The notes beneath the pieces are model-generated. The model did not search any database. It was not told where the DNA came from and saw nothing but the letters and a program-made list of their open reading frames with translations. From an uncultured Acidimicrobiaceae bacterium (lineage in GTDB: Bacteria; Actinomycetota; Acidimicrobiia; Acidimicrobiales; Bog-793): a stretch of 64,000 nt of DNA. Made by a program: the position numbers and the translations under genes. The stretch is from positions 71,352-135,351 of the forward strand of contig CAVRXQ010000003.1 of NCBI GenBank assembly GCA_963725215.1. Reading direction: 5' to 3'. Each line of letters starts with the position of its first letter. Position 1 is the first letter of the stretch. This document shows positions 21,141 to 31,940 of this stretch, one piece after another.

Positions 21141-22432
21141 ACCGGACCTTTACCTCGCTTCGGGTCCGGAACTACCGGCTGTTCGCCTCGGGGCAGCTTG
21201 TTTCGCTCGTCGGCACCTGGATGCAACGCACGGGCCAGGACTGGCTGGTGCTGAAGCTCTCCCACAACAGCGGCTCGGCGGCCGGCATCACCCTCGGCCT
21301 CCAGTTCCTGCCGCTGTTGATGTTCGCGCCGCTCGGCGGCGTCCTCGCCGATCGGCTGCCCAAACGCAAGACCCTCTACGCGACGCAGACCGCGATGGCT
21401 CTCCTCGCCACCGCGCTCGGACTCCTCGTTGTGTCGAGCGCCGCGACGTTGTACGAGGTGTACGCGTTCGCGTTCGCGCTCGGGTGCGCGACAGCGATCG
21501 ATAATCCGACGCGCCAAGCATTCGTCAGCGAGCTCGTCGGACACGACCAGATAGCGAACGCCGTCGGCCTCAACAGCGCGACATTCAACGGCGCGCGCCT
21601 CATCGGCCCAGCGGTTGCCGGCGTGATGATCGATGCCGTCGGCACCGGATGGGTGTTCCTCGCCAACGCGATCTCGTTCATCGCCGTGTTGACCGGCCTC
21701 GCGTTGATGCGTGAAGAAGAGCTCTTCCCCGCGCCACGCCTCGCACGCGCGAAGGGGCAGATCCGCGAAGGCTTCCGCTACGTCGCGAAGCGCAGGGAGC
21801 TCGTGATCGCAATCTTCCTCGTCGGGATCGTTGGGATGCTCGGGCTGAACTTCCCCGTCACCTTGGCGCTGATGGACAAGACGGTCTTCCATCGCTCCGC
21901 CTCCGCGTACGGAATCCTGACCTCGGTGCTTGCCGTCGGATCGCTTGCCGGCGCGCTCGTCGGCGCGAGGAGAAAGCGGCTGTCGACCCTGCAACTCGCG
22001 CTCGCCGCGGCCGCGTTCGGGGTGGCGGAAAGTGTGGCGAGTGTGATGCCGAACTACGAGACGTTGGCGGTGGTGCTCGTGCCGACGGGGTTCTTCGCGC
22101 TCTCGATGTCGACGATGGCGAATACGACGGTCCAGCTCGCCGCCGACCCCGGCATCCGCGGACGGGTGATGGGCGTGTACATGCTCGTCTTCTTGGGCTC
22201 GACGCCGATCGGCGCGCCGATCATCGGCTGGGCGAGCCAGGAGCTCGGCGCTCGCGCCGGGTTGTACATCGGAGGGCTCGCCTCACTTGCTGCCGCGCTC
22301 GTCGCGCTCGCTTTGATTCACGCGCGCGAAGTCGCTCCGATGCGCGTCGAACAAACCGAACCAGATAAGGCGTCCGTGCTTAACGTCGCAGCCGTCGGCC
22401 CAACAGCGGGAGACGCCGTCCTCCAGGACTAG
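21137..22432 (+). CDS. MFS transporter (EntS/MFS_3-like)
   Basis: 431 aa with 12 predicted TM segments. 'NYRLFASGQLVSLVGTWMQ' N-terminus. Overlaps the MarR stop by 4 nt. Confidence 0.8.
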   Translation: MNRTFTSLRVRNYRLFASGQLVSLVGTWMQRTGQDWLVLKLSHNSGSAAGITLGLQFLPLLMFAPLGGVLADRLPKRKTLYATQTAMALLATALGLLVVSSAATLYEVYAFAFALGCATAIDNPTRQAFVSELVGHDQIANAVGLNSATFNGARLIGPAVAGVMIDAVGTGWVFLANAISFIAVLTGLALMREEELFPAPRLARAKGQIREGFRYVAKRRELVIAIFLVGIVGMLGLNFPVTLALMDKTVFHRSASAYGILTSVLAVGSLAGALVGARRKRLSTLQLALAAAAFGVAESVASVMPNYETLAVVLVPTGFFALSMSTMANTTVQLAADPGIRGRVMGVYMLVFLGSTPIGAPIIGWASQELGARAGLYIGGLASLAAALVALALIHAREVAPMRVEQTEPDKASVLNVAAVGPTAGDAVLQD

Positions 22433-23433
22433 GCGAGTGGACCTTCGCCTGCCCCGCTGTTTTCGACGGCGGACCCGATCTCGGCGAGGTCTTCTCCAGA
22501 GAGCGCGAGTTGCGCCGCCGGCAACCATCCGTCCACCTGCTCTGGGCTTCGCCCCCCGACGATCGCGCCGGTCACTCCCGGATTGGCGAGCGTCCATGCG
22601 ATGGCGACGGCGCCAATTTCCACGCCGAGGCGGCGTGCGATCGGCCCCAACGCCTCGGCGAGCGCGAGGTTCGCTTCGAGGCCCCGGCCGGTGAAGTCGC
22701 TACTTTTCTTCCGCCAATCGTCCTCGGCGAGGGCCGCGACGCGCGCTTTCGTGAAGGCACCCGATAACAGGCCCGACTGCATCGGGCTGTAGACGATCAC
22801 CGCGGTGTCGTGCTCGGCGCACCACGGGATGATCTCCGCGCCGGCTTGGCGGTGGATGAGCGAGTAGGGCGGCTGCACGACGTCGACGTGACCGAGCTTC
22901 TCGGCCCGCTCCAAGAGGTCGACGCCGTGGTTCGAAAGCCCCGCCGCGACAATGAGGCCTTCGCCCTTCAAGGTCAAGAAGACCTCCCAGTACGAGTCCA
23001 ACGAAGTGCCGTCGGTCGCTGGCCAGTGCATCTGGTAGGCGTCGATGCGATCGACACGCAATCGCCTGAGGCTCGCCTCGACTTCTCGCCGCAAGCTCGC
23101 CGGATCACCGACCCTCCGCGGCGGGGTCATCGGGTCGGCGGGATCGGAAACAAGACCGCCCTTCGTGAAAACAAGAGGGCGGTCACGCTCGTCGAACACC
23201 TCGAGGGCGCTCGCGACGACCTCCTCGCTGTGTCCTAGCCCGTACGCGGCGGCGGTGTCGACCCAGTTCACGCCCGCTTCGACAGCGTGGCGGATCGCGG
23301 CGATCGACGCTTCGTCGTCTTGGGCTCCCCAGCCGAAGCTCCACCCACCTCCTCCGGCTGCCCACGCCCCGAAGCCGACCCTCGTGATCGCCCACTTCGT
23401 CGCGCCAAACGAGTTCATCGGAAGCGGTGCCAT
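22429..23433 (-). CDS. Aldo/keto reductase
   Basis: 'VGFGAWAAGG' and 'GVNWVDTAAAYGLGHSEE' motifs. GAGGAGG precedes ATG 23433. Confidence 0.85.
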   Translation of the reverse strand: MAPLPMNSFGATKWAITRVGFGAWAAGGGGWSFGWGAQDDEASIAAIRHAVEAGVNWVDTAAAYGLGHSEEVVASALEVFDERDRPLVFTKGGLVSDPADPMTPPRRVGDPASLRREVEASLRRLRVDRIDAYQMHWPATDGTSLDSYWEVFLTLKGEGLIVAAGLSNHGVDLLERAEKLGHVDVVQPPYSLIHRQAGAEIIPWCAEHDTAVIVYSPMQSGLLSGAFTKARVAALAEDDWRKKSSDFTGRGLEANLALAEALGPIARRLGVEIGAVAIAWTLANPGVTGAIVGGRSPEQVDGWLPAAQLALSGEDLAEIGSAVENSGAGEGPLA

Positions 23434-23479
23434 TTCGCCTCCTCGTTGGTCTTCTTCTCCTCTTCGGACGATAGGCCGG

Positions 23480-24262
23480 TTAGTCCTGGACCGCCGCTCC
23501 CTCTTGCTCTGTCCGGAACAGACCGAGAACCTCCCAGCCTCGGTCGGGGAAACCGGTCGCCTCGGCGACAGCGGCTGACGGCAGATTCGACTCGGCGTGG
23601 AGGTAGATCGCAACGGCGCCCTCGTCGATCACACTTCGCGCCGCTTGGGCGACGAGGTGCTTCGCGAGGCCCTTGTTGCGGTGTTGCGGCTCGGTGCCGA
23701 CCGCAAGTTCGACGCCGAGCGGGTGGTGACGCTTCAGCCCAACCCCGGCGGCGTACGAGCCGTCCTCGGCGAAGGCGACGAGGACGTCGCCGTTGAAAGG
23801 CTTTAGCCAATCGGGCACACGCCGATCGTCGCGTGGCGTCCACACTCCGACGTCTGGGAGATCGACACGCCGCTCGGAGTAGCGGAAGACCGCACGGACA
23901 AGGCGCGCACTTTCGAGGTGTACGAGCGCGCCGATTTCGGTGCCAAAGGATCGCTCGCCTTGCTCGGCCAAATGACGGGCGTCCTCGAGGACCGAGGCGA
24001 CAACCGACACGACCGCGCCATATGGCGTGGAAACGCCGATGACCGGTCGGATGACACCGTCCCAACCGGGCTCGGAACGGTACCGGGACGACGTGACGTC
24101 GAACCGAGAGGGAGGCGGCCACTCGCCGAGCCAGTCACGAAGGAAGGTCTCGAGTCGTTCCGCGAGCACAGGGTCCGCGCCGTCGCTTGCGGCGCCCTGC
24201 CCGTCCGACCGACCCTCTTCGGTTGCTTCTCCCAGGCTCAAGCCCGCGTCGTCATTCCTCAC
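23480..24262 (-). CDS. GNAT family N-acetyltransferase
   Basis: C-terminal 'PQHRNKGLAKHLVAQAARSVIDEG' acetyl-CoA motif. GTG 24262 overlaps the upstream stop (GTGA). Confidence 0.7.
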   Translation of the reverse strand: MRNDDAGLSLGEATEEGRSDGQGAASDGADPVLAERLETFLRDWLGEWPPPSRFDVTSSRYRSEPGWDGVIRPVIGVSTPYGAVVSVVASVLEDARHLAEQGERSFGTEIGALVHLESARLVRAVFRYSERRVDLPDVGVWTPRDDRRVPDWLKPFNGDVLVAFAEDGSYAAGVGLKRHHPLGVELAVGTEPQHRNKGLAKHLVAQAARSVIDEGAVAIYLHAESNLPSAAVAEATGFPDRGWEVLGLFRTEQEGAAVQD

Positions 24263-24699
24263 CCGGACCGATTCGGCCCGGCACGCTCGATGGCCAGCTT
24301 GATCAGCACCCGCTTCTGTTCGGCCATCGCCGCTCGGTACTCGTCCCAATCCGGGTGCTCTCCCGAGATCCGCCGGTAGTAGTCGACGAGACCGTCCATC
24401 GCTTCGGGTAACGAGATGACTTCGCCGCTTCCTTCGACTTGCACCCACTCGCCGAAAAAGCGGTCGCTGAACACGCATAAGGACGCGAACGGATTTCGCC
24501 GCAGGTTGTGCGTCTTCATCGCCGCCTCCCGCGAGCTAATAACGACGCGACCCGATCCGTCGATCCCGACGCTGACCGGGGAGAGCTGCGGCTTTCCGTC
24601 TCCACGTATCGTGGCGAGCACCCCGCGGTGGTTCTCGGCGATGAATCGGGAGGCCTCGGCGATGTCCATTCGGGGAAGCGTAACGACCGGCGCCGTCAC
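24259..24699 (-). CDS. PPOX-class (pyridoxamine 5'-phosphate oxidase fold) probable F420-dependent enzyme
   Basis: 'FIAENHRGVLATIRGDGKPQLSPV' and 'SSREAAMKTHNLRRNPFASLCV'. Confidence 0.75.
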   Translation of the reverse strand: MTAPVVTLPRMDIAEASRFIAENHRGVLATIRGDGKPQLSPVSVGIDGSGRVVISSREAAMKTHNLRRNPFASLCVFSDRFFGEWVQVEGSGEVISLPEAMDGLVDYYRRISGEHPDWDEYRAAMAEQKRVLIKLAIERAGPNRSG

Positions 24700-24749
24700 C
24701 GCTCACGAGGCCACACGTTCCCCCGGTCTGGCCAGTACGAGAACGGTGG

Positions 24750-25134
24750 TCAGTTCACCCGTTGACGTTCGGGCGCCACCTTCAGGATCACGCGCTCGCT
24801 CTCGATCACGTTTGCAAACGGCGCGCCCTGGTACTTCTCGGACAGGAAATCGATGTGGGCCCGCGCTTTCGCTCCCGCGAACCTCATCGACAACAGAGCC
24901 GCGGACTTCGGCGTAGTGGTAGAAGGTCTCCGCGTCGATCACCGTCACCGCGACACGCGGGTTCGCGACGACATTTTTGTACTTGCGCCGGTGGACCTCG
25001 GTGTTCAACAGGATGTAGTCGTCGTCCGCGTCGACCCACATCACGTGCGTCATCGGCAGGCCGTTCGGAAGCATCGTCGTAAAAGCGGCGAAGTTCTTCC
25101 CTCTCGCGAGCGCTTTCACCACAGCGTCAATCAC
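24750..25134 (-). pseudogene. Second PPOX-class gene, interrupted by a +1 frameshift near 24871-24880
   Basis: Frame A reads 'GKNFAAFTTMLPNGLPMTHVMWVD...YAEVRGSVVDEVRG' and then Arg-rich nonsense. The +1 frame continues 'AKARAHIDFLSEKYQGAPFANVIESERVILKVAPERQRVN*', ending at 24750. Confidence 0.75.
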
Positions 25135-25316
25135 AGAACACCACCTCGCCTTCGTTGTTGTGTCAGATCGGTGCGCGATGCCCCGAGTGACAGCACGCCT
25201 TTCTTTACCAGTCATCGCGGCGTCGGAACCGACGTCTCGATCTTGACGAAACTCGGTGCAACGCCGGCTCCACGGAAGTGTTCCTACTCGGTACACCTAC
25301 GATTGGAGGTGCTCAG

Positions 25317-26339
25317 GTGGCGGTCGATCTCGTGAGAATCACCCGGGAGTCGCGAGTCGGGAAGCGAATCCTGCCCCTGAGCTGGCCGTGGCAGATCCGA
25401 CTTTTGCTCCTCGGCGCGATCTGGGGAAGCAGCTTCCTCTTCATCAAGGTCGCCGACCGCTCCTTCGCCCCCTTCGACATCGCCGGAGGTCGTATCGCCC
25501 TCGGCGCGCTGACCCTCGCCACGGTGCTCTACGCGACGGGTGGACGGTTGCCGAAGGGTCGCGCCCGCTGGGCGCACCTCGCGGTCGTGGGGCTTTTCAT
25601 GAACGCGATCCCCTTCACGTTGTTCGCCTGGGCGGAAGTGCGGATCTCGTCGGTGGCGGCCGGAATCTTGAACGGAACGACACCGCTTTTCACCCTTCCG
25701 GTCGCGTTCGTGTTGCTGCCGACGGAGCGACTTACGAAATCGCGCCTCGGAGGGCTCGTCGTTGGCTTCGTCGGGGTGATCGTCGTCCTCGGGGCGTGGC
25801 ACGGCGTGAGTGGCGGCGAGCTCGCCGGCTATCTCGCCTGTCTCGGAGGCGCGCTTTGCTACGGGATCGGGCTCCCCTACACCAGACGCTTCGTCACGAC
25901 GGACGAAGAAAGCGTCACCGCGCTCGCGGCGGGACAGCTCGTCTGCGCGACGGTCGAGATGGCGCTGATCGCTCCCGCGTTCGTCCGCGTGCCGCACCGC
26001 GTGAGCGCCGAGAGCGGGCTCAGCGTGCTGGCGTTGGGGATCATGTGCACCGGCATCGCCTACCTCATCAGCTACTCGATCGTCCGAGTCGCCGGCGCGA
26101 CGAGCACGTCGCTCGTCACCTTCTTGATCCCCATCTTTTCGACGATCTTCGGCGCGGCGATTCTCTCCGAGGCGCTCGCATGGTACGAGCCGGTCGGCGC
26201 GCTCGTCGTTCTGATCGGAGTCGCGCTGGTGCAGGGGCTACGTGTCCCTTTGCGACGCTCACGCTCCAAGGAGCGAACGGCGTCAGCAAATCGGCGAACC
26301 GAGTTGGACTTCAATCGCGAAGAATCGCTAAGTGGCTGA
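25317..26339 (+). CDS. EamA/DMT family transporter
   Basis: Ten TM-like segments. '[16 protein letters not shown]'. GGAGGTG precedes GTG 25317. Confidence 0.8.
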   Translation: MAVDLVRITRESRVGKRILPLSWPWQIRLLLLGAIWGSSFLFIKVADRSFAPFDIAGGRIALGALTLATVLYATGGRLPKGRARWAHLAVVGLFMNAIPFTLFAWAEVRISSVAAGILNGTTPLFTLPVAFVLLPTERLTKSRLGGLVVGFVGVIVVLGAWHGVSGGELAGYLACLGGALCYGIGLPYTRRFVTTDEESVTALAAGQLVCATVEMALIAPAFVRVPHRVSAESGLSVLALGIMCTGIAYLISYSIVRVAGATSTSLVTFLIPIFSTIFGAAILSEALAWYEPVGALVVLIGVALVQGLRVPLRRSRSKERTASANRRTELDFNREESLSG

Positions 26340-26355
26340 GAGAGGCGCGAAGCGG

Positions 26356-27132
26356 TCAGAGGACCTTCGCAAGGAACGCGCGGGTCCGCTCGTGCTGGGG
26401 GTTCGCCAGCACGTCTCGTGGCGCGCCGCTTTCGACGACGGCCCCCGAATCCATGAACACGAGCGCGTCGCCGACCTCCCGGGCAAAGCCCATCTCGTGG
26501 GTGACGACGATCATCGTCATCCCGTCTTCGGCGAGCCCTCGCATGACGTCAAGCACCTCCCCGACAAGTTCCGGGTCGAGCGCAGAGGTCGGCTCATCGA
26601 AGAGCATCAGCTTCGGCTGCATGCACAGCGCCCGAGCGATGGCCACGCGTTGCTGTTGTCCTCCGGAGAGCTGATTCGGGTAGGCACGAACCCTGTCTCC
26701 GAGACCGACGCGTCCGAGCAGCTTTCGCGCCCGCTCTTCGACGACCGACTTCGACTCCCGGTTCACGAGCACCGGCGCCAGCGCGACGTTCTCGAGCGCG
26801 GTCATGTGGGGAAACAAGTTGAAACGCTGGAAGACCATGCCGATCTCGGCGCGCTTCGCCGAGACCTCTTTCTCACGCAGCTCATAGAGCTTGCCGCCGT
26901 GTTGGCGGTAACCAACGAGATCGCCGTCGACGGAGAGCTTGCCGCCGTCGATCTTTTCCAGGTGGTTGATGCAACGAAGGAAAGTGCTCTTTCCCGATCC
27001 TGAGGGACCAACGAGACAGAGCACCTCTCCCTCGACCACCTCGAGGTCGATTCCACGTAACGCTTCGATGCGACCAAAGTGCTTGCGCACCCCTTCGGCC
27101 CTCACGACGACGCGCCTTTCGGATGTCGTCAT
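26356..27132 (-). CDS. Polar amino-acid ABC transporter ATP-binding protein
   Basis: Walker A 'GPSGSGKST', signature '[15 protein letters not shown]', Walker B '[11 protein letters not shown]'. Confidence 0.93.
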   Translation of the reverse strand: MTTSERRVVVRAEGVRKHFGRIEALRGIDLEVVEGEVLCLVGPSGSGKSTFLRCINHLEKIDGGKLSVDGDLVGYRQHGGKLYELREKEVSAKRAEIGMVFQRFNLFPHMTALENVALAPVLVNRESKSVVEERARKLLGRVGLGDRVRAYPNQLSGGQQQRVAIARALCMQPKLMLFDEPTSALDPELVGEVLDVMRGLAEDGMTMIVVTHEMGFAREVGDALVFMDSGAVVESGAPRDVLANPQHERTRAFLAKVL

Positions 27133-28133
27133 CGCGACAGCACCTTGGAGAACGGATCACGGCGGCCAACGTCTCGTTGCCAAAGACCGACGGTGTTGAC
27201 CGCCCTGCGGAACCTCTGGAATGGCGTCGGCGGCAACTCGCGCAGCGCGCCCCGCGCGAAGTATCGCTCGACGTAGTACTGCCCGAACGTAAGCACCGTC
27301 GTCACGATCAAGTACCAGAGGCTCGCGACGATGAGAAGCTCCATCACTTCGTAGTTATTCGAGTAAATGAGCTCCGCCTCTCCGGTGAGCTCGAACACGG
27401 TGATCACGCTTGCGAGGGAGGACGTCTTCAGCATCGAGATCGTCTCGTTTCCGGTCACGGGCACGATCACGCGCATGGCCTGGGGAAGGACGATCTTGCG
27501 GAGGATCTGAAGGCGCGTCATGCCGAGGGCCTGCGCTGCTTCGTTTTGGCCCTCGTCGACCGAGATGATCCCCGCGCGCACGATCTCGGACATGTACGCG
27601 CCCTCGTTCAAGCCCAGCGCGATGACGGCGGCGACGAAAGGCGTGATTGAGTTCGCACTGAAGTGGGCGAACGCGGGGCCGAAGGGCACGCCGAGCGTCA
27701 GCTTCGGGAAGAGGTAGGCGAAGTTGTACCAGAACAACAGCTGCACGAGGACCGGTGTGCCTCGAAAGAACCAGACGTAGATCCAGCTCGAACCGGATAC
27801 GAACGGGTTTGGCGAGAGCCGCATCGTCGCACCGATGATGCCAAGGGCGATACCGATCGCCATCGCGAGGGCGGTGAGCTCGAGGGTGAGGACGAGCCCT
27901 TCGAGGATCTGATGCGACAAGAAGTAGTGACCGATGATCCCCCAGCGAAAGCGCGGCTCGTGAACACCCCCGCGCACCGTGTGGGAGAAAACAAGAGCGT
28001 GGATGAGCATCGCGGCGAGGACCGCGACGACGATCGAGGCGACCCAACGACCGGGGTGTCGGACGGGGACGGCGATGACCGACGCACCGTCCGGGCGCCG
28101 CTCATCGGCGCCCGGCGGTGTCCCCCCCATCAT
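27129..28133 (-). CDS. Amino-acid ABC transporter permease (His/Glu/Gln/Arg/opine family)
   Basis: '[22 protein letters not shown]' EAA loop. Overlaps the ATPase gene start. Confidence 0.9.
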   Translation of the reverse strand: MMGGTPPGADERRPDGASVIAVPVRHPGRWVASIVVAVLAAMLIHALVFSHTVRGGVHEPRFRWGIIGHYFLSHQILEGLVLTLELTALAMAIGIALGIIGATMRLSPNPFVSGSSWIYVWFFRGTPVLVQLLFWYNFAYLFPKLTLGVPFGPAFAHFSANSITPFVAAVIALGLNEGAYMSEIVRAGIISVDEGQNEAAQALGMTRLQILRKIVLPQAMRVIVPVTGNETISMLKTSSLASVITVFELTGEAELIYSNNYEVMELLIVASLWYLIVTTVLTFGQYYVERYFARGALRELPPTPFQRFRRAVNTVGLWQRDVGRRDPFSKVLSR

Positions 28134-28188
28134 TCGCGCGATCCCGGTCCAGCGCCAGCCGATTCAGGTCCGCGCGAATGCGTTCTTG

Positions 28189-29073
28189 TTAACTCGTAGC
28201 GCCGTTCACGACCGCCTTGGTGATCGCTCCGGGCGCGATGCCCCACTTCTGGAGGATCTTCAGGTAGATGCCGTCGTGGATCAGCGCGTTGACGGCGCCG
28301 AGGACGGGAGTGACGAGACCGGTCTTCTTCGGAAGCGCGATCCCGTACGGCGCGACTTCGATCGCCTTGCCCGAGAGCTTGAAGACCCCGTGTGACTGGG
28401 CGACGATGTACGCCGCAACCTGCGAATCGGCGAAGCCGATCTGTGCACGGCCGCTCGAGACCGCAACGTTCGCCTCGCTCTGTGTGCCGTACGGGTCGAC
28501 AGTCACCTTGCATTTCTTCGCTTGGTTGTTGGCGTCTGACTGTTCGGTCGTCCCGCTCTCCACACCGACGGTGTGGCCGCAGAGTCCGGCAAGTCCGTTG
28601 ACGACGATCTTGCTCGAGTGAAGGACGTAGAACGCTTCGCCGGCCGAGAAGTAGTCGACGAATGAGACCTGCTTTTCACGGGCCCTCGTGTCGGTGAATG
28701 ACGACATGCCGATGTCGTACCTGCCCGAGAGCATCCCGGGGATGATCGTGGCGAACGTCGCGTCTTGGAGCTTGATCTTCAGCCCGAGCACCTGCGAGAT
28801 CGCCTTCGCGAGGTCGGCGTCCATGCCGACGATCTTCCCGTTCTGGATGTATTCGTCCGGCGCGTACGTGGCGTCCATCGCGACCGTAAGCGTCTTCGAA
28901 CGCAGCGACGCCGGCACCTCGTGAGCGAGCATCGCGTTCTTTGGCGCAACCGGAATTTGACTCGCTCCCGCCGGCACCGCGAACAGCGCGCCGGCGCAGG
29001 TGGCGGCGATGACTGCGGCACCGAGTGCGAGGAGCGGACGGCGAGAGAGCATTCGCACAAGAACCTCCATCAA
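28189..29073 (-). CDS. Amino-acid ABC transporter substrate-binding protein (family 3)
   Basis: Signal peptide, then 'LTVAMDATYAPDEY' and 'DIGMSSFTDT' motifs. Confidence 0.88.
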   Translation of the reverse strand: MMEVLVRMLSRRPLLALGAAVIAATCAGALFAVPAGASQIPVAPKNAMLAHEVPASLRSKTLTVAMDATYAPDEYIQNGKIVGMDADLAKAISQVLGLKIKLQDATFATIIPGMLSGRYDIGMSSFTDTRAREKQVSFVDYFSAGEAFYVLHSSKIVVNGLAGLCGHTVGVESGTTEQSDANNQAKKCKVTVDPYGTQSEANVAVSSGRAQIGFADSQVAAYIVAQSHGVFKLSGKAIEVAPYGIALPKKTGLVTPVLGAVNALIHDGIYLKILQKWGIAPGAITKAVVNGATS

Positions 29074-29152
29074 GTTGAAACCGGATATTCATACCACGGC
29101 AACGTTGGCGGATTCTCCCTGGTGGGGGTGGTGGCGCTCCGCCGGAGAAGGA

Positions 29153-30142
29153 TCAGTGGGAATGCTCGCCCGCCGCGCGCTCCCTGCGCAGCGTGAGCCA
29201 CCTCTCGAGCCCGGCGGCGTTGGAGTGGATCCCGCTCAGAGTCTCGAGGCGCTCGCGCTGGGCGGGATCGACTCCCGAGAGGTCATCCGCGAATCGTTCC
29301 GCGAGGGCCCCCGCGATGTCCTCGTCGGCTTCGAAGGCGCGCTCAGCCTCCTCGGCCCAGTGGGTGAGAGTCTCCGCTGCCTCATCGAGCAAGACCGACG
29401 GCTCTGTCGGGATGATCCCGTAGTGGGCGAGCGCGATGCGCGTCGGCGACGCCTCGGCGAAGCGACGCAGCGAGGTGAGCGCCTGGTCCAAGTCGAAATC
29501 GGGCGGCGGCGTCGCTGGTCGCAGCGCTCCTCCGCCCGGCAGCTTCACCCCGACGGCATCCCCGGCGAACAAGAGCCCGCTTTGTGAGTCCAAGAACCCG
29601 AGATGGTGTTTCGCGTGTCCGGGGGAGTCGATCGCCGTGAGCGTCCTTCCGACGCCCAAGTCGACGGTGTCGCCGTTGTACAGGACCTGGACGCGCTCTT
29701 CGGGTGTCGGATCGAGCCTTCCGTACAGGCTGTCGAGGAGGCCGCCGTAGACCTGGCCCGCCGACGCAATGAGGCGCGAGGGATCGACGAGGTGGCGCGC
29801 CCCGCGCTCGTGCACGTAGACGGTCGCCGAAGGAAACGCTTTCGCCACGTCGCCGACACCACCCGCGTGGTCGAGATGGATGTGGGTGACCAAGACCGCG
29901 TAGAGGTCGTTCGGACCGAGACCGACCCCGCCGAGGGCTTCCAAGATGACCGGGACCGAGCTCTGGCTTCCGGTCTCGACGAGCACCGGGTTCGGTCCGG
30001 GGAGGAGATATCCGGCGGTCGTTTGCTTCCACCCGCCGAGCAGGGTGTCGATCTCGAGTACCCCGGGGGCGACGCGTTCAGGCATGGGGAGCAATTGTTG
30101 CCTGACGCGTGAACCGGCGACGGCCGGGGCCGTCTCGTTCAC
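29153..30142 (-). CDS. MBL-fold metallo-hydrolase
   Basis: 'THIHLDHAGG' (HxHxDH) motif. Confidence 0.85.
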   Translation of the reverse strand: MNETAPAVAGSRVRQQLLPMPERVAPGVLEIDTLLGGWKQTTAGYLLPGPNPVLVETGSQSSVPVILEALGGVGLGPNDLYAVLVTHIHLDHAGGVGDVAKAFPSATVYVHERGARHLVDPSRLIASAGQVYGGLLDSLYGRLDPTPEERVQVLYNGDTVDLGVGRTLTAIDSPGHAKHHLGFLDSQSGLLFAGDAVGVKLPGGGALRPATPPPDFDLDQALTSLRRFAEASPTRIALAHYGIIPTEPSVLLDEAAETLTHWAEEAERAFEADEDIAGALAERFADDLSGVDPAQRERLETLSGIHSNAAGLERWLTLRRERAAGEHSH

Positions 30143-30666
30143 GCGTCGGTGACGAGAGGGACGGCGCCGGCGGAGTGCTCGAGGATGAATTCCAGGATCG
30201 CCTGGTGCTTTTGCGTGTCAGCGATCAAGGTCTTCACGAGAAGCACCCACAGCGCGCCGTTTTCAGCCAACGCCAGCTTCTCCTCGAGGTCTCGCATCTC
30301 TTGTTCGTCGCGCTTTTCGATCGCCAGCATCTCACGAGTCTCTTGTTCGAAATCGAACGGAAGCGGCAAAGCGCTGAAGTCTGGCACCGCAGGTTCGAAG
30401 ATCTCGCCGCGAAACTCGCGCAGCAAAGCGTTCGTGACCTGCGCCATGCGGGCGTGATGTCGCTCTTCTTCCTCAGCGATCATCGTCAACAGGTACCGGA
30501 TGTCGTCGCGTATCGTTGCGCGGGCGAGGGTGCGGTAGCGCTCAAGCACGGCTTTTTCGGAGATGATGTGCCGCTGCATCTGCGCGATCAGCTCACCCAC
30601 GGTGTCATGCGCTTCCGATTGCGCCACGGCATCGCCTCCATATCTGTTGGTCGAGAATTCGCTCAT
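30139..30666 (-). CDS. Ferritin-like / rubrerythrin-like four-helix-bundle protein
   Basis: Paired 'E..(E)EE.RH' and 'ADTQKH' helices. 4-nt overlap with the MBL gene. Confidence 0.55.
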   Translation of the reverse strand: MSEFSTNRYGGDAVAQSEAHDTVGELIAQMQRHIISEKAVLERYRTLARATIRDDIRYLLTMIAEEEERHHARMAQVTNALLREFRGEIFEPAVPDFSALPLPFDFEQETREMLAIEKRDEQEMRDLEEKLALAENGALWVLLVKTLIADTQKHQAILEFILEHSAGAVPLVTDA

Positions 30667-30691
30667 TCGCGGAATGAGGTCGCGTCGTCGA

Positions 30692-31057
30692 TCAACGGCG
30701 GCGGGCGCGATCGAGCAGACGGCGATCGCGCTTAGTCGGACGGCCGCTCGACCGCTCGCGAACCCCTTGGGGAAGCTCGGCGTTTCTCGGCGGCGGAGGC
30801 GGCGTCAGATCCCGGTAGGCGAGAACAGCGAGGCTCGCGGACACCCGGTTCGGGATCGGGTCTATGACCTCGACAACCCGCGATCTCCCAGCTGGCAAAC
30901 GCACGTCGATGCGGTCGCCGGCGCGCACTTCTGTCGCCGGCTTCGCGCGGGACCCGTTGACCCGGATGTGCCCGGATCGACACGATTCAGTCGACGACGT
31001 CCGCGAAGAGAACAGCCGGATCGCCCACAGGTACCGGTCGACGCGCACCGGGTCCAT
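30692..31057 (-). CDS. S4-domain RNA-binding protein (Hsp15-like)
   Basis: 'VRVDRYLWAIRLFSSRTSSTESCRSGHIRVNG' from internal ATG 31057. The track ORF is over-extended. Confidence 0.75.
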   Translation of the reverse strand: MDPVRVDRYLWAIRLFSSRTSSTESCRSGHIRVNGSRAKPATEVRAGDRIDVRLPAGRSRVVEVIDPIPNRVSASLAVLAYRDLTPPPPPRNAELPQGVRERSSGRPTKRDRRLLDRARRR

Positions 31058-31154
31058 CGGGCCATCGTCGCACGGACGAGCGGCTGCGGCGACCGCATCA
31101 GTGCGGGTCACCCTGCCCCATAGGCTCTCTTTTGTTCTGAGGGGAGAACTGTCG

Positions 31155-31910
31155 ATGAAAGTCGCGGGAATCCAGTGCGATCTCGCTTGGGAAGACAGAG
31201 ACGCGAACCACAAGCGCCTGCGTCCGCTGATCGAGGATGCCGCGCACGACGGTGCCGGACTCGTCCTTCTCCCCGAGATGTTCCCGACGGGGTTTTCGAT
31301 GGCCACCGAGCAGATCGCGGAAGACCCCGACGGCGAGACCGCGCACTTCCTCCACGACGTGGCCTCCGACACCAGCGCCTTCGTCGGCGGCTCGTTCGCC
31401 TGCCGCTCGCCGGGACACAAAAAGCCGACGAACCGCTTTCTTGTCTGCGGGCCGCGTGGTGAAGAGGTCTTCTACGACAAGATCCACCCCTTCACCTACG
31501 GGGGCGAGACCGAGCACTATTCCTCGGGCGACCGCGACGTCGCGTTCGAAGTCGAGGGGATCCGCTTCACCCCGTTCGTCTGCTACGACCTCCGCTTCGC
31601 CGACTGGTTCTGGAACGCGGCCATGTCGACCGACTGCTACACGGTCGTCGCCAACTGGCCCGCGCCTCGACAGGCGCACTGGGACGACCTGTTGCGCGCC
31701 CGCGCGATCGAGAACCAGGCCTACGTCATCGGCGTGAACCGCGTTGGCGTGGGAGGCCGTCTCGAATACGTCGGGGGCAGCGTCGTCTACGGGCCCTTCG
31801 GCGAGACGATCGCCAAGGCGGGGTCCGAGGAGACGACCCTCAGCGCGGAGATCGACCCGTCGCGCGTCGCGGAGATCCGCGCCCGCTTCCCGTTCCTCGC
31901 CGACCGCTGA
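31155..31910 (+). CDS. Carbon-nitrogen hydrolase (nitrilase superfamily)
   Basis: 'LVLLPEMFPTGF', 'CYDLRFADWF' and 'RARAIENQAYVIGVNRVG' (E-K-C triad context). Confidence 0.85.
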   Translation: MKVAGIQCDLAWEDRDANHKRLRPLIEDAAHDGAGLVLLPEMFPTGFSMATEQIAEDPDGETAHFLHDVASDTSAFVGGSFACRSPGHKKPTNRFLVCGPRGEEVFYDKIHPFTYGGETEHYSSGDRDVAFEVEGIRFTPFVCYDLRFADWFWNAAMSTDCYTVVANWPAPRQAHWDDLLRARAIENQAYVIGVNRVGVGGRLEYVGGSVVYGPFGETIAKAGSEETTLSAEIDPSRVAEIRARFPFLADR

Positions 31911-31940
31911 GGCCCCGTAGCAGACCATTCCGACGGAGCG

